Origin: Longimicrobiales bacterium
GTDB taxonomy: Bacteria; Gemmatimonadota; Gemmatimonadetes; Longimicrobiales; Gaopeijiaceae
Assembly: GCA_965203485.1 (NCBI GenBank)
Contig: OZ241892.1
Location: 928,001 to 992,000, forward strand
Direction: 5' to 3'
Length of the DNA stretch: 64,000 bases
A program made the position numbers and the translations under genes. Of the stretch, positions 48,333-57,932 are shown piece by piece; position 1 is the stretch's first letter; the number at the start of each line of letters is the position of its first letter. The notes under the pieces were generated by a model. That model saw only the letters and a program-made list of their open reading frames with translations, was not told the origin of the DNA and did not search any database.

Positions 48333-49409
48333 ATGGCCTCCGAATCCACTCCAGGCGCCGCACTCGCGGGCTCGATCGCGAAGATTGTCTCTGGCCGGGA
48401 CCTCTCGGTCGACGAAGCCAGGGCCGCCTTCCGCCCGGTGATGGCCGGAGATGCGCCGCCGGTACTCGTCGCCGCGCTCCTGACGGCCCTTCGGACGAAG
48501 GGGCCGGCCGCGGCCGAGGTCGCGGGCGGCGTGGAGGCGCTCGCCGAGGCGATGGTGCCGGTCCCCGCGCCTCGTCCCGAGGACTTGCTCGACACGTGCG
48601 GAACCGGCGGCGGTACGGTCGCCACCTTCAACGTGTCGACCGCGGCGGCGATCGTGGCCGCGGCCGGCGGGGCGCGCGTCGCCAAGCACGGCAACCGCTC
48701 GTTCTCGTCGCAGTGCGGCAGCGCGGACGTCGTGGAGGCGCTGGGAGTCCGGATCGACCTCGCGCCGGCGCAGATGGCGCAGATCCTGGCCGAGACCGGC
48801 GTGACGTTCATGTTTGCGCCGCTTCTGCACCCCGCCATGCGCCACGTCGCGCCGGTCCGGCGGGAACTGGGGTTCCACACGATCATGAACCTGCTGGGGC
48901 CGCTTGCCAACCCGGCCGGGGCGCGGCGGCAGGTGGTGGGCGTCGCCGATTCCGGCCACCTGGACTTGATCGCCGGAAGCTTGGCCGAGCTGGATCGCCG
49001 GCGGGCGCTGGTCGTGCACGGCGCGCCGGGCATGGACGAGGTGAGCCCGTGCGGTCCGACGCGGGTGGCGGAGGTGCGCGGCGGGCGCGTGTCGTCCTAC
49101 GAGGTCGAACCGGCGGAGATGGGTGTCGCGGCCGTGCCGCCCGGCCAGCTGGCGGGGGGAACGCCCGCCCGCAACGCCAGCATCGTTCGCGCCGTGCTGC
49201 AGGGGCGGGAACGGGGGGCGCCGCGCTCGGCGGTCCTCGTCAATGCGGCTGCGGCGCTCGTCGCCGCCGACCGGGCGGAATCGTTGCGCGAGGGCGTGGA
49301 CCAAGCGGCCCGGGCGATCGATTCCGGCGGGGCCGCGGCGACGCTGGACGCCTTGATCCGCGCCGCTCCGCAAGCCGCGGCCCGCGCAGGGCGTCCCGGC
49401 AGAGCTTGA
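48333..49409 (+). CDS. trpD: Anthranilate phosphoribosyltransferase
   Basis: DTCGTGG, FNVST, AKHGNRS.SS..GSAD, LGPLANP. Confidence 0.96.
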   Translation: MASESTPGAALAGSIAKIVSGRDLSVDEARAAFRPVMAGDAPPVLVAALLTALRTKGPAAAEVAGGVEALAEAMVPVPAPRPEDLLDTCGTGGGTVATFNVSTAAAIVAAAGGARVAKHGNRSFSSQCGSADVVEALGVRIDLAPAQMAQILAETGVTFMFAPLLHPAMRHVAPVRRELGFHTIMNLLGPLANPAGARRQVVGVADSGHLDLIAGSLAELDRRRALVVHGAPGMDEVSPCGPTRVAEVRGGRVSSYEVEPAEMGVAAVPPGQLAGGTPARNASIVRAVLQGRERGAPRSAVLVNAAAALVAADRAESLREGVDQAARAIDSGGAAATLDALIRAAPQAAARAGRPGRA

Positions 49410-49445
49410 ACTGGCGGGCGGGCCGGACTCCTGTCGGCCCCGGGG

Positions 49446-49643
49446 TCAGTGAACGGTCTTGGGCGATGCCCGAGCCGCGCGGAAATCTCCCGGCTCGAGC
49501 AGCTTCGCGCCGTTCCCGTCGACGGGTGCGCCGCGCTTCGCTTCCGAAGGCGCCGCCGCGGTCGCCGCCCTGGCCGGCCGCCTGGTCACGATCACCCGAG
49601 TCGCTCCGCCCGACACCCGCCCCACCGCGAACATCATCTTCAT
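49446..49643 (-). CDS. Possible 65-aa protein downstream of lexA
   Basis: SD-like ggaga 6 nt before ATG; fills the lexA-trpD gap; no recognisable family. Confidence 0.35.
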   Translation of the reverse strand: MKMMFAVGRVSGGATRVIVTRRPARAATAAAPSEAKRGAPVDGNGAKLLEPGDFRAARASPKTVH

Positions 49644-49719
49644 GCAGCGTCTCCGTTGGTTGGCGCTTCCCGGCTCTCTTCCGTACACCGAGCGGAGCGC
49701 GAAAGTTCCGGCGCGGTTC

Positions 49720-50325
49720 TCAATACGTCCTGATCAGTCCCACGACGACCCCCTGGACGGTCACGTTGGCCGCCGGCTCGACGATCGGCGCCATGCCCGG
49801 GTTGGCGGGCTGGAGGCGAACGCGCCCCCCGGGCTCGCGGTAGAGCTTCTTGACCGTCGCCGAGTCGCCGCCCACGAGCGCCACCACGACCTCGCCGTCC
49901 CGCGCCGTCGGGCGCGAATGGACCACGACGTAGTCTCCGTCGCGAATCTGCTCGTCGATCATCGAGTCTCCGGCCACGCGGAGCACGTAGTGGTCGCGTT
50001 GCCCGCGAACCATCGCCGGAGGCACCGGCAGGCTCTCCTGCGTCTCGACGGCCTCGATCGGCTGTCCAGCCGCCACGGTCCCGAGGAGGGGCAACGGAAT
50101 GGCGGGTTCCTCGTCGTGCAGTGGAAACTCCACGGAGCGGCTCTCCCTGTATCTTCTTCGGATGTACCCCTTGCGCTCCAGGTTCGAGAGGTGCTCGTGG
50201 ACCGTCGCCAGCGACGTGTACCCGAACTCCCGGCGGATTTCGTCGAAGCTGGGAGCGTAGCCGCAGTGCGCGATGAACGCCCGCAGGAAGTCGAGGATTT
50301 CCTTTTGCCGCTTCGTGAGAGCCAT
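49720..50325 (-). CDS. lexA: SOS repressor LexA
   Basis: LTKRQ.EIL, PS..EI, VHEHL..LE.KGYI, VAAG cleavage site, GDSM, TVKK; SD aaaggaga. Confidence 0.97.
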   Translation of the reverse strand: MALTKRQKEILDFLRAFIAHCGYAPSFDEIRREFGYTSLATVHEHLSNLERKGYIRRRYRESRSVEFPLHDEEPAIPLPLLGTVAAGQPIEAVETQESLPVPPAMVRGQRDHYVLRVAGDSMIDEQIRDGDYVVVHSRPTARDGEVVVALVGGDSATVKKLYREPGGRVRLQPANPGMAPIVEPAANVTVQGVVVGLIRTY

Positions 50326-50427
50326 GGGGTCTTCTCCTTTGCGCGTGAATGGTTGCGCCGCCGTATCGGCCGGCCGCCCCCGAGACGCGGGCGGCCCCTC
50401 GGACGGCGCGCCTCGGCCTGCGCCAGT

Positions 50428-50470
50428 CCGAACGGTACCCGAAGTTAACCGAAAACAAACCGAATGGCAA
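50428..50470 (-). promoter_or_regulatory. lexA sigma70-type promoter overlaid by four TTCGG direct repeats (candidate LexA operator)
   Basis: Minus strand TTGCCA (50470-50465)-N17-TAACTT (50447-50442); plus-strand CCGAA at 50428, 50439, 50449, 50460. Confidence 0.7.
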
Positions 50471-51276
50471 GCGAGCGGGCCGGCCGCGGCGTCCTGAGCC
50501 GCGTCGCCGCGTCGAAGGCGGTCGAGGTGGCTTCGTTGCGGGCGCGGCGCAGGGAGGTGGTCCATGCCGCCCGCGACGCCCGCCCGGCGCGGGCGGTGCT
50601 CGACGGGCTTCGCGACCGAGCGGGGCTTGGAGTGTTCGCGGAGGTCAAGCGGCGGTCGCCCGTCGCCGGCGAGATCAGGCCGGACCTGGACGCGGGAGTG
50701 TTGGCCGCCGACTACGAAGCGGGCGGCGCCGCGGCGGTCAGCGTGCTCACGGACGGCCCTTGGTTCGGCGGGTCGCTGTCCGACCTCCGCGCTGCGGCCG
50801 CCGCCACGGCGCTCCCCGTTCTCCGCAAGGACTTCGTCGTGGACCCGGTGCAAGTCCCCGAATCGCGCGCCGCGGGCGCCGACCTCGTGCTGCTGATTGC
50901 CCGGTTGCTCGACCCCGTCCTGCTCGCCGACTTGCGCGCCGCCGTGCACGACCTGGGGATGACCGCGCTCGTCGAGGTGCACGACGAGCGCGAGGCGGAG
51001 GACGCGCTGCAAGCCGAAGCCGCGCTCGTGGGCGTCAACAACCGCGACTTGGCGACGTTCTCCACGGACTTGGCCGTGACCGAGCGCTTGGCGCCGTTCG
51101 TGCCCCCGGACGTGATGCTGGTGTCCGAGAGCGGGATCGCGGACGCGTCCGCCGCTCGGCGCGCCGCGGCGGCGGGGGCGGACGCGATCCTCGTGGGCGA
51201 GGCCCTGGTGCGCGCCGGGAACCCCCGGGCGGGCGTCCGGGAGCTGGCGGCGGTCCGCAGGGCGGGACGGGCGTGA
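50464..51276 (+). CDS. trpC: Indole-3-glycerol phosphate synthase
   Basis: [39 protein letters not shown]. Confidence 0.96.
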   Translation: MASERAGRGVLSRVAASKAVEVASLRARRREVVHAARDARPARAVLDGLRDRAGLGVFAEVKRRSPVAGEIRPDLDAGVLAADYEAGGAAAVSVLTDGPWFGGSLSDLRAAAAATALPVLRKDFVVDPVQVPESRAAGADLVLLIARLLDPVLLADLRAAVHDLGMTALVEVHDEREAEDALQAEAALVGVNNRDLATFSTDLAVTERLAPFVPPDVMLVSESGIADASAARRAAAAGADAILVGEALVRAGNPRAGVRELAAVRRAGRA

Positions 51277-51995
51277 CGGGCGTGCGGGCCAAGCTGTGCG
51301 GCGTGACCGGCGTGGCGGGCGCTCGGGCGGTGGCGGCTTCGGGCGCCGACTTCATCGGCGTGGTCCTTTCGCCGGGCTTCATGCGGAGCGTGCCGACAAG
51401 CCGCGCGCGCGAGCTGTACCGGGAGTTTCAGGGTGCGCGCGTGGGCGTCTTCGTGAACGAGGACGCGCGGACTGCGGCTCGAACGGCGGCGGACCTGCGT
51501 CTGGACGTCGTGCAGCTCCACGGGCGGGAATCGCCGGAGGAGGCGGCGCGGATCGGCGAGGCGGGCCCTTGGAGGACATGGAAGTGCGTTCGGGTGCGGC
51601 CGGGCGAGTCCTTGGCGTTGCTGGCCGAACGCGTGAGGAGGTACCGCGGAGCGGTGGACGGCGTGCTCGCGGACGCCTGGGACGGCCGAGCGCCCGGCGG
51701 CGCCGGACGCCGCTTCGCGTGGGCCGGGGTCGGCGACGTGGTGCGCGAAGCGGCGGGCGACGCGTGGTTCGTCGCGGCGGGGGGGCTGGCGCCGCGGAAC
51801 GTGGCCGCCGCCGTCGAGGCGCTGGCGCCCGACGTGGTGGACGCGAGTTCCGGCGTCGAGTCCGCTCCCGGCGTGAAGGACGCCGCCAGGGCGCGCGCGT
51901 TCGTGGCCGCGGCCCGCGCCGCCGCCCGCGGGACCCTTCAGAGCGCGACTTCCTCGCGCCGCCCTCGCGGCTCCGGCGTCGAGCCCCGCCCGTGA
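51273..51995 (+). CDS. trpF: Phosphoribosylanthranilate isomerase
   Basis: KLCG, VGVFVN, VQLHG.E, AGGL...[15 protein letters not shown]. Confidence 0.94.
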   Translation: MTGVRAKLCGVTGVAGARAVAASGADFIGVVLSPGFMRSVPTSRARELYREFQGARVGVFVNEDARTAARTAADLRLDVVQLHGRESPEEAARIGEAGPWRTWKCVRVRPGESLALLAERVRRYRGAVDGVLADAWDGRAPGGAGRRFAWAGVGDVVREAAGDAWFVAAGGLAPRNVAAAVEALAPDVVDASSGVESAPGVKDAARARAFVAAARAAARGTLQSATSSRRPRGSGVEPRP

Positions 51996-53179
51996 CGCTC
52001 GTCGCGGGAGAGGATCGCGGCCCCGGCCGCTTCGGCCGCTACGGCGGCCGCTACGTGCCCGAAACACTTGTTCCAGCCCTGGACGAACTCTCGTCAGCGT
52101 GGGCCGAGGCCGCGGCCGATCCGCGCTTCGCCGCCGCCGTGGACCGGCTGGCGGCCGAGTACGTGGGCCGCCCGACGCCGCTCTACCGGGCGCGCCGCCT
52201 CGAGGCGGAGTGCGGCGCGCCGCCCGTCTATCTCAAGCGCGAGGACCTCAATCACACCGGAGCCCACAAGATCAACAACACGCTCGGCCAGGCCATGCTG
52301 GCGCACCGAATGGGCAAGCCCAGGATCATCGCCGAGACCGGCGCGGGGCAGCACGGCGTGGCGACGGCGACGGCGTGCGCGCTCTTCGACCTCGAGTGCG
52401 TCGTCTACATGGGCGTCGCGGACATCGAGCGCCAAGCGCTCAACGTGCGGCGCATGGGTCTCCTGGGGGCCGAGGTGCGACCGGTGGACTCGGGGGCGGG
52501 CACGCTCAAGGACGCAACCAACGAAGCCTTGCGCGACTGGGCGGCGAACGCGCGCAGTACGCACTACGTCGTGGGCTCCGTCGTGGGGCCGCACCCGTTT
52601 CCGGCGATCGTGCGCGACCTCCAGGCGGTGATCGGACGAGAGACCCGCCGCCAGTTCCTCGAAGCCGAGGGACGCCTGCCGGCGACGGTCGTGGCGTGCG
52701 TGGGCGGCGGATCGAACGCAATGGGCATCTTTCACGCCTTCCTGGACGACGGCGGCGTCGCGCTGATCGGCGTGGAGGCCGCGGGCGAGGGCTTGGGCAC
52801 CGGCCGCTCGTCCGCGTCGCTCGCCGAGGGCCGGCCGGGCGTGCTGCACGGCTCGCTCAGCTATCTGCTGCAGGACGACGGCGGCCAAGTGCTCCCTGCG
52901 CATTCGACGGCGGCCGGCCTCGACTATCCCGGCGTGGGCCCCGAGCACGCCCATCTCAAGGACGCGGGACGGGCCTGCTATGCGAGCGTGGACGACGCCG
53001 GGGCGGCGGCTGCGTTTCGGCTTCTGGCGCGCCTCGAAGGGATCATTCCGGCGCTCGAGTCGGCGCACGCGCTGGCGTACGTGCTGGACGCCGGCCGGCG
53101 CGGAGCGCTGGCGGGCCCGGTGGCGGTTTGCCTGAGCGGGCGCGGCGACAAGGACGCGGCGCGCGACGATGGCGAGTGA
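51992..53179 (+). CDS. trpB: Tryptophan synthase beta chain
   Basis: [62 protein letters not shown]. Confidence 0.97.
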   Translation: MTLVAGEDRGPGRFGRYGGRYVPETLVPALDELSSAWAEAAADPRFAAAVDRLAAEYVGRPTPLYRARRLEAECGAPPVYLKREDLNHTGAHKINNTLGQAMLAHRMGKPRIIAETGAGQHGVATATACALFDLECVVYMGVADIERQALNVRRMGLLGAEVRPVDSGAGTLKDATNEALRDWAANARSTHYVVGSVVGPHPFPAIVRDLQAVIGRETRRQFLEAEGRLPATVVACVGGGSNAMGIFHAFLDDGGVALIGVEAAGEGLGTGRSSASLAEGRPGVLHGSLSYLLQDDGGQVLPAHSTAAGLDYPGVGPEHAHLKDAGRACYASVDDAGAAAAFRLLARLEGIIPALESAHALAYVLDAGRRGALAGPVAVCLSGRGDKDAARDDGE

Positions 53180-54077
53180 GCCGTACGCGGCCCGCCCGCC
53201 CTGCGGCGCCGTCGGTTCGCCCGGCGGCCCGTCCGCCCCGCGCGGCAGGCGGACGCCCCGCCCGCCCCAAGCGCCCGGGGCCATCGGCCGTCGCTTCGCG
53301 GCGTTGGCGAAGGACGACCGGGCGGGCTTCGTCCCCTACGTGACGGCGGGCTTCCCCTCGCTCGCCCACACGGCGGAGCTGCTGGCCGGACTGGCCGGCG
53401 CCGGCGCGGACGTGATCGAGCTCGGCGTCCCGTTCAGCGACCCCGTGGCCGACGGCCCGACGATTCAGCGATCCTGCCAGCGGTCGCTCGAAGCCGGCAC
53501 GACGCTGGACGACGTACTGGAGGTCCTCGCGGGCTTCAGGCGCTCGAGCGACGTCCCCGTCGTCGTCTTCTCGTACCTGAACCCGCTGCGGGCCCGCGGG
53601 ATCGAGACGTTCCTCCGCGACGCCCGCGACGCGGGCGCCGACGGGCTGCTCGTCACCGACTTGCCGGTGGGCGCCGACCCTGCGCTGGAGGCCCGCCTCT
53701 CCGAGTCTCCGCTCGACTTGGTCCGGCTGGCGGCCCCCACGACCCCCCGCGGCCGACTCCGCGAGATCGCCCGCGCCACGCAAGGCTTCCTCTATTACGT
53801 CGCGCGTGCGGGCGTCACGGGCGCCCGCGCCGAGCTGCGCCGCGATCTGGCCGAAGACGTGGGCGTCGCGCGGGAGCTCTCGGCGCATCCCGTCGCGGTC
53901 GGGTTCGGCATTTCGTCGCCCGCCCACGCCGGGGCCGTCGCCGCCGCCGCCGAGGCGGCGGTCGTGGGCAGCGCGCTCTTGGACCGGCTGCAAGCCGGCG
54001 GCGTGGAGGCGGCCGTCAGCTTCGCCCACGAGCTGCGCCGCGCGCTGGACGCCGCGAGGCGGGCGCCGGGGCCTTGA
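53169..54077 (+). CDS. trpA: Tryptophan synthase alpha chain
   Basis: [38 protein letters not shown]. Confidence 0.96.
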   Translation: MASEPYAARPPCGAVGSPGGPSAPRGRRTPRPPQAPGAIGRRFAALAKDDRAGFVPYVTAGFPSLAHTAELLAGLAGAGADVIELGVPFSDPVADGPTIQRSCQRSLEAGTTLDDVLEVLAGFRRSSDVPVVVFSYLNPLRARGIETFLRDARDAGADGLLVTDLPVGADPALEARLSESPLDLVRLAAPTTPRGRLREIARATQGFLYYVARAGVTGARAELRRDLAEDVGVARELSAHPVAVGFGISSPAHAGAVAAAAEAAVVGSALLDRLQAGGVEAAVSFAHELRRALDAARRAPGP

Positions 54078-55722
54078 CGTTGGCGACGGCCAAGCGCTCG
54101 TCGAGGCCGGCGTCCGGTGCGGCGAACACCGTCTCCACGCGTTCTGGCGCGACGAGGCCGGGCGGGGCGCCGCGCGGCTTCCTTACCCACTTGCGGCGGG
54201 TCCAGTCGACGGGCACGTGGCTGGAACCGCGAGCACGGGAGTGGTTCGCGGCCAGCACGGCCGCCTGTTCCAGATCGGCGGCGGGCGGGCGTTCGGGGCG
54301 GTTCCAGCAAAGGACGACGTGGGCGCCGGCCGCGTGGCGGGCGTGCAGCCATATGTCGTTGGGGCGGGCATGGCGGAAGGTGAGCTGGTCGTTCTCTCTC
54401 GCGCCGCGCCCGACGCGGATCTCCAGCCCCCCGGAGCTGCGGTAGGTGCGGTAGGGCGGGGCCGCGGCGGGCGGGCCCGGGCGACGGCTCGCGCGCCCCG
54501 CGTCCGCAAGTTGGTCGGCCGGCATCTCGCCGTTCGCGTTGCGGCGCTGCATCTCCTCGGCCCGTTTCAGCGCGTGGCGGGTGGCGCGAAGATCGGCGGC
54601 CAGCCCCGGCAACGCGCGCTCCATCCGCGCCGCGCGTCGGAAGAGCGCGTTGGCGTGGTCCTGCGGCCGGGCGCCGGGAGGGAGGGGGATGGTTCGCGGC
54701 CGCCCGTCGAAGCCGGCCAGCGTCGCCGCGGTGGCATTCGGCGAAATCGCGCGAAGCGACGAGAGAATCAAGGTCGCGTCGTCGCGCATCGCCCCCGCTT
54801 CGGCGGCTTTCGCGATCTCGCCGCGGAGACGGTCGGCCTTGCGGCCCAACCGCCCGATCTCGGCCTCGAGCAGCTGGGCGGCGCGGACTCTCGGTCCGGC
54901 GTCCCCGGGTCCCGCTCGCGCGGCTTCTCGCATCCCGTCGAGCAAGCTGGGCGCCGGCGCCGCGGCCATGCCCGAGAGGGGCCAGGGGTACGGCTGCGGG
55001 CCGCCCGCGAGCTGAAGGACGTGCGGCGCGGACGACGAGCCTTCCGCCAGCGTGGCCCAACGAGCAAAGCCCTCGTCCGCCGTAGGCGCATCCGCGAGAT
55101 GACCGGCGTTGACGCTCGACGCGTAGGCCACGCGGGCCAGCAGTCGTCCGTGAGTCCTGCCGTTGTCCGCGTCGGCGCCGCGTCTCGGATCGTTGCGACG
55201 CAACCCGCCGCTGCTCGGCCCGTTCGCCCGCCTTCCCACCAGGCGCTTCCACTCCTCGGTATCGGGCTTGATCCGTCGTCCTCCTCCGCCGGGCGTCCAC
55301 CGCGCTCCGATCCGATGGGTCGCGGCTCGCGTTGCGACCAGCCGTTGTCGCACCACCAGCTCCGGCCCCTCCGCCAGGAGCACGTTCCAGCGGTTCGTCG
55401 CGAAGTCCGCGACCAGTGCCGGAGCCGGCCCGGCCCCGCGCAACCGCCTGAACCGGAGCACCAGCGCGCGCTCGTCGAAGGGAGCTTCGATTCCCGCCAG
55501 CACGGCGGCCGGCGAGTTCGTCCCGTCCGGCGGCTCCGTTGCTGGTTCGACCAGCACGAACCCGCGACCGGGCCTCATGTCGGCCACCAGGACGACCTCC
55601 CGGAAGCACACGGACGCCTGCCTCGTCTCGCGTCGCAGCGTCACGGCGCGCAGACGTTGTCCCGCCAAGCGTTGCGCGAGTTCGCCCGCGACCGCTCGCG
55701 CGAGGCACGCGTCCCAGATCAC
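54016..55722 (-). CDS. NFACT/Rqc2 (RqcH/FbpA-like) RNA-binding protein
   Basis: N-terminal WD motif, DERAL, C-terminal VGRGAREND.LT..A..NDIWLHA...GAHV, VDWT.RK.VRKP.G..PG.V. Confidence 0.85.
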   Translation of the reverse strand: MIWDACLARAVAGELAQRLAGQRLRAVTLRRETRQASVCFREVVLVADMRPGRGFVLVEPATEPPDGTNSPAAVLAGIEAPFDERALVLRFRRLRGAGPAPALVADFATNRWNVLLAEGPELVVRQRLVATRAATHRIGARWTPGGGGRRIKPDTEEWKRLVGRRANGPSSGGLRRNDPRRGADADNGRTHGRLLARVAYASSVNAGHLADAPTADEGFARWATLAEGSSSAPHVLQLAGGPQPYPWPLSGMAAAPAPSLLDGMREAARAGPGDAGPRVRAAQLLEAEIGRLGRKADRLRGEIAKAAEAGAMRDDATLILSSLRAISPNATAATLAGFDGRPRTIPLPPGARPQDHANALFRRAARMERALPGLAADLRATRHALKRAEEMQRRNANGEMPADQLADAGRASRRPGPPAAAPPYRTYRSSGGLEIRVGRGARENDQLTFRHARPNDIWLHARHAAGAHVVLCWNRPERPPAADLEQAAVLAANHSRARGSSHVPVDWTRRKWVRKPRGAPPGLVAPERVETVFAAPDAGLDERLAVANVKAPAPASRRPARGAARGRS

Positions 55723-56010
55723 TTCGGCGTCTCCCGTTCCGGTTCTCCGGCGGCGTCCGGCCGTGCCGGCCCCGGTCCGCCCATCTCCGGCTTCGGCCAC
55801 GCGCCCGACCCGCCGAAGTTAGCGTTGACGACGGGTGCGCGCGGCGGCGCACGCGGCGCCGTGCAGGCCGGTACGCGCGGCAGGTGGTGGGCGTCCGGCG
55901 CGCCCGGCGCCCCTGGACCGCGGCGCGGCCGACACTTTTCTCCAGCCGATGCGGTCGCCGACCCGCAGCTCGCGTCGGCTGGACGCCTACCCGCAATCCG
56001 CCTGGAAGCC

Positions 56011-56619
56011 GTGAACAAGCCCCCGCGCTCGAACAAGGCCGGCAGCTCCGGAGCGTTCCATCCGGTCGTCGCCGCGGCGGCCCGGGGACGTCTTCCCGCC
56101 TGGGCCGAGGCGAGCGCCGCGCGCCGGTTGCACATGGAGCGCGTCGCGAACCTCCTGGAGCGCTGGGCGGAAGACTTCGGCGTGGCCGGCCGCCGGCTCG
56201 AATGGCGGGCTGCGGGATTCCTCCACGACGCGTTGCGCGACGCCCCTCCTTCGGCGCTGGCGGCGCGCCTGCCCGGGCTTGCGCGCTTGCCCGGCCCCAC
56301 TCGGCACGGCCCGGCCGCGGCCCTGCTGCTCCGGCGCGACGGCGTGCGCGACGCCGAGCTGCTGCACGCGGTCCGCTGGCACACGCTGGGCTCGCGCAAG
56401 TTCGGCCTCTTGGGCAAGGCCCTCTACGCCGCGGACTTCGTCGAGCCGGGCCGGCCCGAGCGCCGGTGCTGGCGCGACGGCCTGCGGGAGCGCGCGCCGC
56501 GCCATGTCGACCAAGTGCTTGCGGAAATCGCCGCCAGCCGGATCGATTACCTTTTGCGCATGGAGCGGCCCGTGCATCCTCGAACCGTCAGGTTCTGGAA
56601 CTCCCTTGTCGCGACGTAG
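56011..56619 (+). CDS. HD-domain hydrolase (YqeK-like)
   Basis: R..H..RVA, AGFLHD, HGPAAA, AVRWHTLG, LYAADFVEPGR. Confidence 0.82.
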   Translation: MNKPPRSNKAGSSGAFHPVVAAAARGRLPAWAEASAARRLHMERVANLLERWAEDFGVAGRRLEWRAAGFLHDALRDAPPSALAARLPGLARLPGPTRHGPAAALLLRRDGVRDAELLHAVRWHTLGSRKFGLLGKALYAADFVEPGRPERRCWRDGLRERAPRHVDQVLAEIAASRIDYLLRMERPVHPRTVRFWNSLVAT

Positions 56620-56647
56620 GTCCGCGCGCCGGCCGGCCAAGAACGGA

Positions 56648-57109
56648 TTGGCCAAGAACGGGCTGGCCATCGTCGTCGCGGCGGTCGCCGTCGCCCTGGT
56701 GGTTTCCGCAGTGGGACAGTGGATTCCCGACGACAGGAACGAGGACGTCGCGCGCTCGCCTGGGCGCGTGACCGTCGACGTCCGCAACGCCGGGGGCATC
56801 GAGGGCATGGCCCGCAGCGCCACAGACCGCCTTCGCAACGCCGGATTCGACGTCGTGCACGTCGGCAACGCCGCCGCGTTCGACCAAGACTCGTCCTTGG
56901 TGATCGACCGCGTGGGCGACTTGCGCACCGCTTCCGAGGTCGCCGAGGTGCTGGGCATTCGCCGCGTTGCCAGCGAGCCCAATCCGAAACTGTTCGTGGA
57001 CGTGACCGTACGGCTCGGAGCGGACTGGCGGGCCCCGCCGCCCGGCGCAGGGGAATCGGGGGACGGAGGCTTCCTCGGATGGTTGCGGGGCTTGGTGCGC
57101 GCCAGATGA
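56648..57109 (+). CDS. LytR C-terminal domain protein, membrane anchored
   Basis: TM followed by V.V.NAGG..GMA....LR..GF.V..VGNA and DVTV.LG.D. Confidence 0.82.
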   Translation: MAKNGLAIVVAAVAVALVVSAVGQWIPDDRNEDVARSPGRVTVDVRNAGGIEGMARSATDRLRNAGFDVVHVGNAAAFDQDSSLVIDRVGDLRTASEVAEVLGIRRVASEPNPKLFVDVTVRLGADWRAPPPGAGESGDGGFLGWLRGLVRAR

Positions 57110-57167
57110 GGCCGCCGCATGGCCGCGGCGGCGTTGCGGCCGCCGGAGCTTGAGAGAGAGGGCGACG

Positions 57168-57932
57168 ATGGCGCGGAAGAGGCGCGGGCAGGCGGGCGGA
57201 CTGGGCCGTCGCCGGCCGCCGGCGGAAGACGGCCCCGGGCCGGCGAAGAAGGGGAACGGCGCGGGGCGCGGGCTCCTGCAGTTCTTGATCCTCGTCGTGA
57301 AGGTCTTGCTGCTCGTGATCGTCATTCGCACCTTCGGGATCGCGACGTTCGTCATCACGTCGGGCTCCATGGAGGAGACGTTGCTCGAAGGCGACTTCGT
57401 GGTCGTCAACCGCGCCGCCATCGGCCCGCGCATCCCGTTCACGAACTGGCGGCTTCCAGGGTACTCGGAGCCCCGTCGCGGCGACATCCTCGTGTTCGAT
57501 CCGCCTCACGACGACGTCACCGTGGTGAAGCGGCTCGTCGGGATGCCCGGCGACACGCTGGAGATGCGCGCTCGCGCGCTCTACGTGAACGGCCGGACCG
57601 CCGACGAGCCTTACGTCGTCCACGCGAACGAAGCCGATCAGCACTCGGAGGACATGCGCTGGCAACTCGACCACCTGGTCGGAGACCCTCGTCCCGGATA
57701 CCGGCCCACGCGCGACAACTGGGGGCCGATCGCCGTGCCCGAGGGCCGCTACTTCATGCTCGGCGACAACCGCGACACGAGCCTGGACTCGCGCTACTGG
57801 GGCTTCTTGGAACGCTGGCGCCTGGAGGGACGCGCGCTGGCGATCTACTATTCGTACGACCGCCGGTCGTACAGGTCCTTCCCCTGGATCAGAGAGATCC
57901 GCGCGAGCCGCATCGGGACGCTGGTTCGCTGA
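57168..57932 (+). CDS. lepB: Signal peptidase I
   Basis: SGSMEETL..GD, VKRLVGMPGD, LGDNRD.S.DSRYWG. Confidence 0.95.
   Translation: MARKRRGQAGGLGRRRPPAEDGPGPAKKGNGAGRGLLQFLILVVKVLLLVIVIRTFGIATFVITSGSMEETLLEGDFVVVNRAAIGPRIPFTNWRLPGYSEPRRGDILVFDPPHDDVTVVKRLVGMPGDTLEMRARALYVNGRTADEPYVVHANEADQHSEDMRWQLDHLVGDPRPGYRPTRDNWGPIAVPEGRYFMLGDNRDTSLDSRYWGFLERWRLEGRALAIYYSYDRRSYRSFPWIREIRASRIGTLVR

Noticed and set aside
54016..54077. Convergent 3' overlaps (trpA/NFACT 62 nt; also lepB/rlmN 44 nt) as regulatory features
   Set aside because: Explained by stop-codon scarcity and low-complexity tails in high-GC DNA
56635..56669. 15-bp tandem repeat ggccaagaacgg at the LytR_C gene start
   Set aside because: Only two and a bit units; looks like a trivial local duplication
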